DNA of 64,000 nucleotides from NCBI GenBank assembly GCA_963797555.1, contig CAWCPV010000003.1:832001-896000 (forward strand), given 5' to 3'. The number at the start of each line of letters is the position of its first letter. Positions within the stretch are counted from its first letter, which is position 1. The notes under the pieces were generated by a model. That model worked only from the letters and a program-made list of their open reading frames with translations, had not been told where the DNA came from and did no database searches. The translations under genes and the position numbers were made by a program. Shown piece by piece: positions 31,501 through 41,928 of this stretch. Origin of the DNA: an uncultured Gammaproteobacteria bacterium (GTDB lineage: Bacteria > Pseudomonadota > Gammaproteobacteria > CAWCPV01).

Positions 31501-32428
31501 GACGTGCGCAACATCACCTACATAGACGGGGCGCTCGTTGCGTATGCCCACCACCAGCCGAGCCACCTCGTCGGCGCTGCGCAGGAAGGAGCCGGTGAAG
31601 ACGATAAAATGGTGGCTACCCAGCTCGATCTTCCCGGCTCGTTTCTCGCTGTTGGCGGTGCGGATGGTGTTGGCGAGCTCGTCCAGACTCATCTGGAAGC
31701 CAGCCAGCCGACGCGGCAGCGCCTCCACTCTGATCTGCTCGGACCGCCCACCCACTATGAAGCCCATGCCCGTATTCGGGACCTCCTCGATGCGCTGCAC
31801 AACATCAAGGGCCAGGGAGCGCAGGGCGGCATCGTCCACGTCCGGCGACCAGAAGGTCAGGGTGACGATCGGCACATCGTCGATGCTCTTCGGCTTCACC
31901 ATGGGCTCCGACACGCCCGGGGGAATCAGATCCAGGTTGGAGGCGAGCTTGTCGTACAGCTTGAGCAGCGAAGGGATCAGCTCCTCCCCCACCTTGTACT
32001 CCACCGTCACCATTCCGCGGTCCCGGTGGGCCGCGGAGTAAATGTGCTTGACGCCGGGTATCTCGCTCATGAGCCGCTCCAGGGGGGCGATGGCGAGGCT
32101 CGCCACCTGCCTCGCCGAGGCCCCCGGATAGCTCACGAAGATATCGATCATGGGTACTGAGATGTCCGGGTCTTCCTGGCGTGGGGTGAGGAGCAGGCCG
32201 AGGATGCCCATCGCGAGGCAGGCGAGCAGTAACAGCGGTGTGAGTGGGGAATTGATGAAGGCGCGGGCGGTGGGTGGAGCCGGCCACGCCCAGCGAATGG
32301 GTGGGTGCTTCCCCGCCCGGTGAGGGTCCCCGCGCAATCGGCTCGGCCGCCGGCTCGCGATCGCCGGGCGCCGGCTCCGGCGATGTGCCGGCGCGGCCTT
32401 CGGAAGCCCCCTGTCCAGGTTCCTCCAC
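28561..32428 (-). CDS. AcrB/AcrD/AcrF-family RND efflux transporter; probable true start near 32428 with a frameshift near 32275
   Basis: TPRQEDPDISVPMIDI, SIGILVDDATVVVEN, GIIVRNSILLVDF, RTRPIIIT; upstream SLGVAGS in ORF 31805..32428 joins ARAFINSPLTP. Confidence 0.9.
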
Positions 32429-32576
32429 TGATCCCCCGAAATCCCAACTCTGGTCGGTCGGGTGCGACTGCGGCAGCGCGGCTGCGGTCGCCGAGCACCC
32501 TGCCGGGTGTCAGATCACGCGCCGCCGGCGGGTACTCCCTAAATTTAAGTGACGGTGCAAAAACAAGTAAAACATT

Positions 32577-32948
32577 TTATGAAAATGATCCGCTGGGATC
32601 CACGACATAGTTCCACTGTCCGAGAACTTCATCGTGGCGAATAAATTAGTCTTTAATAGCGTGGAATGTATTGGAGCACTTCCGCCCCAGTTCGTAGGTT
32701 GTGTCGAGAATACGGGCGGTAACCCGCAAGCCAGTTTTGGTATGGGTACGCTCTACGGTTTCCAGTGCGGTCTGGGGTGAGTCCAGGATGACGCCGCGCC
32801 AGGATCGCTCGACGTGGCTGAACAAGCGGTGCTCAATGGGATTCCACTTGGAAGTATAAGGCGGGTAGTGCGCGATACGCAGGCGACGCCTCCGTCCAAC
32901 GTACCGTCTCGTCGGTCGGACTGCCGGCGCTGTGGGCTTCAAGAACAA
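32577..32948 (-). mobile_element. ISAzo13-family transposase C-terminal relic
   Basis: IAHYPPYTSKWNPIEHRLFSHVERSWRG, TKTGLRV, then past a stop HDEVLGQWNYVVDP. Confidence 0.75.
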
Positions 32949-33419
32949 TAGAGCCTCATGAATTCTTCGTGCGACGCTTCATAACCGGGAAACTCGTTCA
33001 TGGCGTTACCCACGGACTGGGCTAAGCAGACCTCATGTTTGCATCAATATTGTTCCCGTTCAAGCAACTATCGGCCCAGGTTCAGACTCTACACCACGAA
33101 AGCTGGATAACTTGTTAGTGAACCGTTCCTAAGCACAATTGTGCGAATGCACCATAGGCGCGCGCTCCACCGCCCAAACGCGGCGCGGCCAGGACAAACC
33201 CAGCGCCCGGTAGTAAGCGTGAGATTGTGATCGGCTACTCGATGCCTCGACCGATCGCAACTCGCTCCCCCATCGCCACGTGGACGCCACGACCAAATCC
33301 TCGACCACCGGGCGCCTCGCACGGGCTTTCCGCTGGGCTCTCGGCTCTCGTCGGGGAGAACGGCCACGGTCACCACCCTGACTCGCTCGGACCCCGCTCG
33401 GCCTGGGCCATGTCTCCCG

Positions 33420-33605
33420 CCTCGGCAGCAGGACGTTCACCCTACCTTTCCCGGCTGACCCTCCAGCGCGATGTCCCCCTCGTGCTCCTGCGTGATGTGC
33501 CGGGCGATGGCCAGCCCGTACCCGGACCCGCTCGCTCGGGCGGTGTAAAATGCCTCGAAGATCTGCTGACGCTGGTCACGGCTGATGCCACGGGCAGAGC
33601 CGAGC
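33420..33605 (-). pseudogene. sensor histidine kinase HATPase fragment
   Basis: GISRDQRQQIFEAFYTARASGSGYGLAIARHITQEHEGDI (G1/F/G2 boxes) with no intact ORF. Confidence 0.6.
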
Positions 33606-33684
33606 CGTATCCTGCATGGGAACCGTTGCCGCCAACCATGACCCGTGCAGGCGCTCGCCGCGCCAGCCGCGTCGAGACCGAACC

Positions 33685-35190
33685 ATGAGATCGAGCGCGA
33701 GAGAAAATCGCTCCGGCAGCGGGTCAGTGCACTCCCCGAACGAGTCGGCCCTGCTTGCAGCACTCAGCTCGGTGTTGCCGCCGGACTCCGTGCTGCACTC
33801 GGAAGAGGCGCTGCGCCCATACGAATGCGACGGGCTGTCCGCGTACCGAGAGACCCCGATGGTCGCGGTGCTGCCCCGCACCGTCGAGGAGGTGCAGGAG
33901 ATCGTGCGCCTCTGCCACCAGTACGGAGTTCCGGTCGTGGCACGGGGTGCGGGTACGGGCCTCTCAGGGGGCGCCCTCCCCCTGCGCAGGGGGGTCCTGC
34001 TCGGCCTCGCCCGCCTCAAGTCCATTCTCGATATCGATCCCGTCAATCGTACCGCCCGAGTGGAGACCGGTGTGCGCAATCTCGCGATCTCCGAGGCGGT
34101 CGCGGCGCATGGCCTGTTCTATCCTCCCGACCCCTCGTCCCAAATCGCGTGCACCATCGGCGGGAACGTGGCGGAGAACTCCGGAGGAGTGCACTGCCTG
34201 AAATACGGCCTCACGGTGCACAACGTGCTGAAGCTGCGGGTAGTAACGGCGGACGGTGAACTGGTCACCGTCGGTGCCGAGGCCCTCGATGCGCCCGGCT
34301 ACGACCTCCTCGCCCTGATGGCGGGGTCCGAAGGGATGCTGGGGATCGTGGTGGAGGTCACGGTGCGCCTTCTTCCGCTGCCCGAGGGCGCGCAGGTGGC
34401 GCTCGCCGGCTTCAACACCGTCGAGCAGGCCGCGGCTGCGGTGGCGGAGGTCATCGGCGCCGGCATCATCCCGGCGGGGCTGGAGATGATGGACCGCCTG
34501 GCCATCCGGGCCGCCGAAGACTTCGCGCACGCGGGCTACCCTACGGACGCCGAAGCCATCCTGCTTTGCGAAGTGGACGGCTCCAATGCGGAGGTGTCGG
34601 AGCAGATCCTTCTCATCGCGGACATCCTCACGCGTAGCGGCGCCACCGAAGTACGCACCGCGCGCGACGGGGCCGAACGGCTCCTGCTGTGGAAGGGCCG
34701 CAAGGCGGCCTTCCCGGCAGTCGGGCGGCTGTCTCCGGACTATTACTGCATGGACGGCACCATCCCGCGGAAGTGCCTACCCGAGGTGCTGCGGCGCATC
34801 TCGGACCTCTCAGCCGAGTACGGGCTGCCGGTGGCCAATGTGTTTCACGCCGGAGACGGGAACCTCCATCCACTCATCCTGTACGACGCCAATCGGCCAG
34901 GGGATCTCGCCCGAACCGAGGAACTGGGAGGGAAGATCCTGCAACTGTGCGTTCAGGTAGGCGGAACCATCACCGGCGAGCACGGCGTCGGCATCGAGAA
35001 GCTCGACCAGATGTGCATCCAGTTCGGGGAACCCGAGCTGGCGCAGTTCCACGCCGTCAAGGAGGCATTCGACCCCCTCGGGCTGCTCAATCCCGGCAAG
35101 GCGGTTCCGACGCTCCGCCGCTGTGCCGAGCTCGGCCGTATGCACGTGCACGGCGGCAAGCCAGCCTTTTCGGAGCTGGAGCGCTTCTAG
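33685..35190 (+). CDS. glcD: glycolate oxidase FAD-linked subunit
   Basis: YECDGLSAYR, ARGAGTGLSGGA, PDPSSQIACTIGGN, HAGDGNLHP, TGEHGVGIEK, LNPGK. Confidence 0.93.
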   Translation: MRSSARENRSGSGSVHSPNESALLAALSSVLPPDSVLHSEEALRPYECDGLSAYRETPMVAVLPRTVEEVQEIVRLCHQYGVPVVARGAGTGLSGGALPLRRGVLLGLARLKSILDIDPVNRTARVETGVRNLAISEAVAAHGLFYPPDPSSQIACTIGGNVAENSGGVHCLKYGLTVHNVLKLRVVTADGELVTVGAEALDAPGYDLLALMAGSEGMLGIVVEVTVRLLPLPEGAQVALAGFNTVEQAAAAVAEVIGAGIIPAGLEMMDRLAIRAAEDFAHAGYPTDAEAILLCEVDGSNAEVSEQILLIADILTRSGATEVRTARDGAERLLLWKGRKAAFPAVGRLSPDYYCMDGTIPRKCLPEVLRRISDLSAEYGLPVANVFHAGDGNLHPLILYDANRPGDLARTEELGGKILQLCVQVGGTITGEHGVGIEKLDQMCIQFGEPELAQFHAVKEAFDPLGLLNPGKAVPTLRRCAELGRMHVHGGKPAFSELERF

Positions 35191-35192
35191 CC

Positions 35193-35275
35193 GTGCGGCC
35201 CCAGTCGGAGCCCGCGGCGCGACAGAGTGCTCCGGGCCGCGGCCGAATGCCGTGCGCTCCCGGATCGGGGCACAA
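35193..35275 (+). pseudogene. glcE: glcE N-terminal relic
   Basis: Directly after glcD reads RDRVLRAAAECRAL-RIG, like the GlcE N-terminus, then degenerates. Confidence 0.4.
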
Positions 35276-35514
35276 CGACGGCGGCAGGCCGATGCCCAAC
35301 TGCTGCTGGTGAGAGAGGTTCTTGTCGGCCGCTCGGATGGTAGATGCCACGGAAAGTTCCACTGTTGAAGGTCAGGCTCCCCGGGCTGAAAGACAGCCGC
35401 GGCTCCTATCAAGGGAAAAAGCCCATGAGCGCGCGGCGCTTCCGTCGACCCGCATACCGGGAACGGCTGGTACCGCAACTGAACTGTTGCCACTCCAACC
35501 TTTTGCAGGCCATC

Positions 35515-35928
35515 TCATCGTGGAAAGGGCATATCCATCTTGTTGGTGTTCTGCAACGCCGCAATGAGCCACCCGTCCGGTCCTCGCATTAACACCATGC
35601 TCATGATGCCTTTCCGCGGTGGAATCGAGCTTCCATCCGGACTTCTCTGGCCGGTCATGTCCCACTCACAATGAGTGAGCGCAACGTCCGAATTCAACAG
35701 CTTGGCTCCGCTCAGGTTGAGATGCAGAACGCTGTCCCTGAACATCGTCGCGTGGGCGCGGACGTGACCTGCCTCGATCTCACTTCGGTCATGCCACCAC
35801 ATCCCAACGACGTTCACGAACTGGGCATCCGGGAGAAAACAAGCGGAGAACGCCTTCATGTCGTGCTCGTTCCAGGCGCCTTCAAGCCGCCCCACGATTT
35901 GACGAATTTCATCGGTGAATTCGGTCAT
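35515..35928 (-). CDS. SgcJ/EcaC-family NTF2-like protein
   Basis: AWNEHDMKAFSACFLPDAQFVNVVGMWW...GWLIAALQNT; AAGGAGGT RBS. Confidence 0.8.
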   Translation of the reverse strand: MTEFTDEIRQIVGRLEGAWNEHDMKAFSACFLPDAQFVNVVGMWWHDRSEIEAGHVRAHATMFRDSVLHLNLSGAKLLNSDVALTHCEWDMTGQRSPDGSSIPPRKGIMSMVLMRGPDGWLIAALQNTNKMDMPFPR

Positions 35929-35957
35929 GTCGCTACCTCCTTTTTGGTCCCTCACGA

Positions 35958-36047
35958 CCGCTCCAACGCCGCGCTCACCGGGAGAGCGAAGCGAGGGTAC
36001 CGACCCGCGCAGCGGCTCGCTGGCCTGCGTGGAGCCATAGTTCGCTG
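35958..36047 (-). other. degenerate integron attC-like site
   Basis: Minus strand GCGAAC-tatggctccacg...ggtaccctcgcttcgctctcccggtgagcgcggc-GTTGGAG, immediately followed by the RBS and ATG of the 35928 gene. Confidence 0.5.
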
Positions 36048-36456
36048 CTTACTCATTGCTTATCGTACCCGCGGACGCACCAGCTCCGAACAATTCTTAC
36101 TATGCAGGCCTGGCCACGTCGGATACAAACTCGGCACCCGTAGTCGTGGACAAGACAGAGAGAGTGCCGAAGGATGGAACCGGAGCCCGCCGTTGACCAC
36201 AGATTACCGCATCAAGGGTTCAGGCACGTACGGTTGCGGCCTGCCACCGGGTGTGGTAACGGCCTAGTGGCCCCACGACGGGTAGCGCAATACGGGCGCG
36301 ACCACGGCATGCGGCCGTGACGTGGCCCGGTAGCGGTCACACCATAGACCCTCGGCGGATGGTATGGGAAACTTCTGTTTCTGTATACCAACCCTGCAGC
36401 AGTCACCATCAAGCATAGGTCATGGTACCCTTTGGTTCTGGCTCGGCGGGGTTAGG

Positions 36457-37317
36457 ATGATCGAGCAGCTTCCGGGCAACTGGCTCGCTTTGCTGGGCAT
36501 CGTGTTCCTGTTGGGGCTGCGCCATGGCTTGGACGCGGACCACCTTGCCACGATCGATTCTTTGACCCGTTTCAACAGCGTGCATCGGCCGCGGCTAGCC
36601 CGTTGCTCGGGGTGTCTGTTTTCGCTCGGTCACGGTCTTGTGGTCACGCTGGTGGCTCTGAGCATCGGCCTGTGGGCGAAACGCTGGGCCGTCCCTTCCT
36701 GGCTGGATGCGTTTGGGACCTGCGTCTCCGTACTGTTTCTGGCTGCACTCGGGGTGCTCAACCTGCTGGCCGTCCTGCGTGCGCGCCAGGACCAGGTCGT
36801 GCGCAGTGTCGGGCTGCGGGGCCGGCTTTTCGCGCGGTTCAGTCACACCGGCCGGCCGGTTGCCATCGTGTTCGTCGGGGCGCTGTTCGCGCTGTCCTTC
36901 GATACCATGACTCAGGCATCGCTGTTTTCCCTCGCTGCGTACAGCATCGGGGGCGGCCTGTTCTCCGCAACGCTGGGTGTGACCTTCATGAGCGGCATGA
37001 TGGTCACCGACGGCGTGAACGGGCTATGGGTCTCGATCCTTCTCAGGCGGGCTGACCGGCGGGCACTGGTCGCTTCGCGGGTCCTCGGTCTCACCATTGC
37101 CAATCTGAGCTTGCTGGTGGCCCTCTTCGGCCTGGTCCGCTTTTATTCCGATGGGCTAGGCCGGTGGGAGGACGGCCGCGGACTATTCTTTGGCGTCGGC
37201 GTGATGGCAACCCTACTGCTGAGCTACGCGCTTGCGCTCTGGATGACGCGCCCCGCCGCAAGCGACACCCCAGCATCCGGACGTTCCGGAGGTCGCACTG
37301 ATCTTCCCCTAGTGTAG
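36457..37317 (+). CDS. HoxN/HupN/NixA (NiCoT) nickel/cobalt permease
   Basis: GLRHGLDADHLATID, FSLGHG, GALFALSFDT, GMMVTDGVNG. Confidence 0.88.
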   Translation: MIEQLPGNWLALLGIVFLLGLRHGLDADHLATIDSLTRFNSVHRPRLARCSGCLFSLGHGLVVTLVALSIGLWAKRWAVPSWLDAFGTCVSVLFLAALGVLNLLAVLRARQDQVVRSVGLRGRLFARFSHTGRPVAIVFVGALFALSFDTMTQASLFSLAAYSIGGGLFSATLGVTFMSGMMVTDGVNGLWVSILLRRADRRALVASRVLGLTIANLSLLVALFGLVRFYSDGLGRWEDGRGLFFGVGVMATLLLSYALALWMTRPAASDTPASGRSGGRTDLPLV

Positions 37318-37635
37318 TGTCTCGCAAATAGCTATGCACAGATCTGCTCCATCCGGTTTCGGGCCGCGACGATCTTGCGCAGGATGTCCTCGCCCTTGGC
37401 GTTCCAAACATAGCGCTTGGGGTGGGCGTTACGCTCAGCGAGAAAGGCGATGATAGCCTCGGGGAGCGCCTTGACGGAGCCAAAGCTGCCTTCGGCGAGA
37501 AAATCGCCCAGATCGCGGAAGAACCGCTCGACCAGATTCATCCAGGACGAAGAGGTGGGGGTGAAGTGCAGGTGCATGCGCGGGTGCTTCGCGAGCCACG
37601 CCTTGACCGCCTGATGCTTGTGGATGGCGTAATTG

Positions 37636-39150
37636 GGCTCTTTCGGTAATTGTGTGGATCGTGGTGGTCGAGTAGCATCCGTTCTGAGCAATCGTCTATC
37701 ACAACATCTTGTGGTTGGGCCTGTGGGGTTGTGGGCGAGAGGCCCGCGAGTGTGGGCAACCGGGAGGTTGTCCACACGGTCCTTGGGACGCGGGCCGCTC
37801 CGCAGGACTCGTCCACAAATCCACAGGCCATCAAGGGGGGAGCGCCATGGAGCCAACGCATCTATTCACGACGGCACTGGGTCTCACGGCGCCTTGGGAA
37901 GTCACCGGCGTACGCTTTGACCCCGAGGCTGGGCGCATCGACCTCGAGGTGGCCTTTGCCAAGGGGAGCCGCTTCGCCTGCCCGGCGTGCGGAGCGCCAG
38001 GCCAGCCGGTGCATGATACCCGCAAGCGCAGCTGGCAGCACCTGAGCTTCTTTAAGTCACGGGCAGACCTGCACGCGCATCTGCCGCGAGTGCGCTGTGA
38101 GAGCTGCGGCAAGACGACTCAGGTCGAGCCGCCGTGGGCGCGCGCACAGAGTGGCTTCACGGCGCTGATGGAGGCACTGGTGGTGACGCTGTGCCAGGCG
38201 ATGCCGGTGGCGACCGTCGCCCGGCACCTGGGCGTGGGCGATGAGCGCCTGTGGGGGGTGCTCGAGCACTACGTGGAGGCGGCCCGCGCCCAGGAGGACC
38301 ACTCCCCGGTGCGCGCCGTGGGCCTGGACGAGACCGCCGCCCGGCGTGGGCAGCACTACATCAGCCTGTTCCATGACCTCACGGGCAAACGCCTGCTGTT
38401 CGCCTGCGAGGGCCGCGACCGGAGCACCGTGGCGGCCTTTGCCGCCGACCTCCAGGCGCACGGGGGCGACCCGCAGGCCATCGAGCAGGTGTGCATCGAC
38501 CTGTCCGCCGCTTATCTCGCCGGGGTGACCAAGCATCTGCCTAAAGCCACGGTGAGCTTCGATGCCTTCCATGTCATCCAGCTCGCCAACCAGGCCGTCG
38601 ATACAGTGCGCCGCGAGGAGGTCAAGACCGAGCCCGCCCTCAGGGGCACCCGCTGGACCTGGCTCAAAGACGCCCACGACTGGACCTGGGAGCAGCTCAC
38701 CGACTTTCACTGGCTCTCCCGCGCCCGGCTCAAGACCGCCCGCGCCTGGCGCCTCAAGGAGGCGCTGCGCGATATCTACGCCACGGCCAGCACCCTCGAG
38801 CAGGCCGAGACCGCGCTCACGCGCTGGTATAGCTGGGCACGGCGTAGCCGCCTGCAACCCATGAAGCACCTCGCTGCCACTCTGAAAGACCACTGGGACG
38901 GTGTGCTCGCCGCGTTCGACTCCGGCCTCACCAACGGCCGCGCCGAGGGCATCAACTCCCTCATCCAGGCCGCCAAGGCCCGCGCCCGGGGCTACCGCAC
39001 CACGCACTCGCTCATCACCATCGCCTACCTCATCGCGGGCAACCTGGCCCACTTGCCGGCCTCGCCGTTCAACACACGATCTTGTGTCAGACCTCAGGCA
39101 GAGGCTGCCGCAGCGTAAGCATATCTACCCACACGATTCCGGTAAGAACC
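37636..39150 (+). mobile_element. ISL3-family IS, copy 2 (intact, 1515 bp)
   Basis: Terminal IRs; 8-bp direct repeat CGTAATTG at 37628-37635 and 39151-39158. Confidence 0.95.
37847..39118 (+). CDS. ISL3 transposase
   Basis: Zinc finger CPAC..CESC; GLDET, IDLS, FDAFH, TNGRAEGINS, ARGYR. Confidence 0.93.
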   Translation: MEPTHLFTTALGLTAPWEVTGVRFDPEAGRIDLEVAFAKGSRFACPACGAPGQPVHDTRKRSWQHLSFFKSRADLHAHLPRVRCESCGKTTQVEPPWARAQSGFTALMEALVVTLCQAMPVATVARHLGVGDERLWGVLEHYVEAARAQEDHSPVRAVGLDETAARRGQHYISLFHDLTGKRLLFACEGRDRSTVAAFAADLQAHGGDPQAIEQVCIDLSAAYLAGVTKHLPKATVSFDAFHVIQLANQAVDTVRREEVKTEPALRGTRWTWLKDAHDWTWEQLTDFHWLSRARLKTARAWRLKEALRDIYATASTLEQAETALTRWYSWARRSRLQPMKHLAATLKDHWDGVLAAFDSGLTNGRAEGINSLIQAAKARARGYRTTHSLITIAYLIAGNLAHLPASPFNTRSCVRPQAEAAAA

Positions 39151-40068
39151 CGTAATTGTCGAGGATAAGATGGAGGTCGAGGTCCTGGGGGGTTTCCCGG
39201 TCGATGCGGCGCAGAAACGCGAGCCACTCCTGATGGCGGTGCTTGCGCGCCAGGGCGGTGGTGAGCTTGCCCTCCAAGTAGTTGAGCGCCGCGAACAGGG
39301 TGAGCGTGCCGTGACGGATGTAGTCGTGGGTGCGCGTCCTGGGCAGCCCTGGCTGGGTGCGCTCCAGCGCCTGCATCTGGGTCTTCTCGTCGCAGCAGAG
39401 CACGACCGCCTTGTCCGGGGGCGCCAGATACAGCCCGATCACGTCCCAGAATTTCGCCTCAAAGTGCTTGTCCTTGGACAGCTTGAACTGGCGGTTCAGG
39501 TGCGGCTTGATGTCATTGGCCGCCCACAGCCGCTGCACACTCGCCTTCGAGATGCCCGCGGCGGCAGCCATGGTGCGGCAGCTCCAGCGCCCCAGATGCG
39601 CCGGCGGCTTACCGACCGTCTCCAGCACCCGCCCCACCTTCGCCTGCGAGAGCCTGGGCTTGCGCCCTCGTCCGGGCGCATCCGCCAGCCCCGCCAAGCC
39701 CCGCTGCCGATAGCGCCGGCACCACTGCCCGACGCTCGCCCGCGTGGTGCCCAGCTTCGCGGCGATGGCCTTCTGATCCAGTCCTTCAACAGCCAGCAGA
39801 ATGATTCTCGCGCGCTGCCGATCCCGAACTGCCACCGTGTGCGAACGCACTCGACGCTGCAGCTCTTGCGCCTCTTCTGGCAATACCTCCAGGGACATCC
39901 TCCTCATGGCTCCCGCCTCCCAGTGCCCGTACTTCCAGTATGGCACCAGTCCGGCATAAGTAAAGGCATTTGTGAGACACTGCACTAGTGTAGACTCGGC
40001 GAACCGGCACGGTCCCGTCAAAGTCCGTTGGTGGCCGACCAGGAAACCTCGGCACCGAGCGCGACATC

Positions 40069-40819
40069 TTGGAGCCGCACTGGCGCTGTTCTGCGGCACG
40101 GATGCGGGAGCACGAAATCGTGCTGTGCATCCAAGACATCACGGAGGTCGATTTCAACGGGCAGGACATCGCCGGCTTGGGGCCATTGAGTTATGAGGCC
40201 CAACGGGGCATGTACCTGCACCCGACGTATGCCGTGACGCTTTCGCGCGAGCCGTTGGGCGTGCTGGATGCGTGGATGTGGGCACGCGAGCCGAGGGATG
40301 CCGAAGGCCGTCGGGGAGGTGTTCTGGAAAGTGCCCGCTGGGTGGAAGGCTATAAGCGCGTCGCCGAGCTTGCCGCTGAGCCGCCTCGGACGCGTCTGGT
40401 GTAGGTGGCCGACCGGGAGGCCGACATCGTAGCCCTCATGGCCAAAGCGCGCGATCTGGCCCAACCGGCCGACGGGTTGATCCGCTCCCAGCACAACCGC
40501 GCGCTTGCCAAGGGCGGCAAGCTGTGGGAGGAGGTGACCCGAGGCGACCCCTCGGGGGATACGCTTCGCGATGGCCTCGCGGCACGGGCAGAAGGCGGGG
40601 GAAGTCCACTAACAGGTGTGGGCAACGCGCGTGGCGCTCTCCGACGGCAGGGGGGGTCGAATGCAGGCCACCTGCATCGTGGCCCGGGAAGTGGGCGCGC
40701 CAGCGGGTGTGAAGCCCATCGAATGGCGCCTGTCGACCAACCGCGAGGCCGGCAGCTTCGAGGCGGCGGCCAAGTTCATCGACGGGTACCGCGCCCGTTG
40801 GGAGATCGAGGTGTTATAG
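40069..40819 (+). pseudogene. IS4-family (IS50/Tn5-like) transposase relic
   Basis: VLCIQDITE, YLHPTYAV, ESARW, stop then VADREADI, IEWRLSTN, YRARWEIE. Confidence 0.8.
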
Positions 40820-41225
40820 CGCGGGGCGTGGGCCGGGGTCTGGAGGAGGTAACGCTGACCCTGAAGCTGACCACCCAGTTCTTGGAGAGGGTGCGGCGAG
40901 CAGAGGTGAGAAGAGCTCGGCAGCCGAGCCGCTCCAGAGCCGGTGGGCAACCGATGGCAAAAAAACGCGCCTTCTCCCCCTCCGGGATGCGCCGATGGGA
41001 CCGGCGGCCCCGGCGCTTGCTCTACCCCTGCCGAACCGATAGCCCCAGCATGTGGGCCGCATCGCCCTGTGATCCGCCTGCCCGCCACCCGCTGCACCAC
41101 CTCCAGTCGCTCCAACTCTCGCCGGCTCATCGCGATCACCCCCTCTCTCATACGTCCCCCCTTCGAGTGCCAAAAGGGGACATCTCTCCTTTGTTCAAAG
41201 GGGACATTACGACTTTGGCGCTACA
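40820..41225 (-). mobile_element. ISNCY-type element relic (left end plus deleted transposase)
   Basis: End TGTAGCGCCAAAGTCGTAATGTCCCC...AGATGTCCCC; MSRRELERLEVVQRV N-terminus; RTLSKNWVVSF-QGQRYLLQ internal motif. Confidence 0.65.
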
Positions 41226-41245
41226 CTCGCCCCTGTCTTCTGTCG

Positions 41246-41260
41246 TTGTGCAGTGCACAA
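41246..41260. promoter_or_regulatory. putative PhaR-binding palindrome upstream of the phasin gene
   Basis: Perfect palindrome TTGTGCA-G-TGCACAA containing TGCnnnGCA, about 60 bp before the phasin ATG; phaR lies in the same cluster. Confidence 0.55.
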
Positions 41261-41318
41261 TTACACGTGGTGGCATGAAGTTCATCGTGTCTCACGCAGA
41301 GACGAGGGGGTTACCGAC

Positions 41319-41687
41319 ATGAGCACCGAGGCGCTAGAGATGTGGGGACAGTTCGCCCAAGCAGGGAAAACTGCTGTGGAGTCCATGGCGCGCTTGCAGG
41401 AGGTCGGGGCACGCAGCATGGAGCGCATGGCGCAACATCAACTGGCTGCGGCGCAGGACATGTTCGAGCTCGGCCTCCGCCACTTGGAGGCCCTCACCGA
41501 AGCCAAAGGGCCGGAAGACCTATGGACTGCCCAGACTCGCTTCGCGACGCGGGTCGGCGAGAGGTGGGTGGCAAACGCAAGCAAGTTCGTGGATCTCTAT
41601 GTGGAGAACCAGAGCGAAGTGGGCAAGCTATTCACCGAGCATCTGAGCAACCTGACCTCAAAGACCACGGCCCAAGCTGCGAACTGA
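41319..41687 (+). CDS. phasin family protein
   Basis: Helical 122-aa protein (SMERMAQHQLAAA...EAKGPEDLWTAQ) upstream of phaA. Confidence 0.75.
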   Translation: MSTEALEMWGQFAQAGKTAVESMARLQEVGARSMERMAQHQLAAAQDMFELGLRHLEALTEAKGPEDLWTAQTRFATRVGERWVANASKFVDLYVENQSEVGKLFTEHLSNLTSKTTAQAAN

Positions 41688-41928
41688 ACCCAGCCGCGAC
41701 CTGAACCTAACCCATCGAGGGGGGTTCTTCCCTGTCTTCCGTCGCTCGTGGGCCTCGGGAATAAAACCTGAGGTCCGCCTTCCTCTGATCGACAAGCCAC
41801 CGCGCGCCCAGCCCAGGAGCGCCCTGGCGCCTCCCCCCAGAATCTGCTAACCTTCCGGTTCGCAATGGCCCAGGCGGCACCATCGCTGGCCGCCACATCC
41901 ATCTGGCCAACTGAACTGGAGTGTACCG

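Larger units (their letters stand above)
37310..39987 (-). mobile_element. IS630-family element, interrupted by ISL3 copy 2
   Basis: Inverted ends CTAGTGTAGTGTCTCGCAAAT / CTAGTGCAGTGTCTCACAAAT; transposase from 39907 (CCDEKT, HDYIRHGT, LILDNY) resumes at 37635 (AIHK...HFTPTSSSWMNLVE) to the stop at 37332. Confidence 0.9.

Noticed and set aside
33125-33160. Sigma-54/NtrC-like site around the GCACAATTGTGC palindrome
   Set aside because: The -24 GG is missing and no intact downstream gene is present.
36150-36450. Cobalamin or NiCo riboswitch before the Ni/Co permease
   Set aside because: No B12-box or other recognisable conserved elements.
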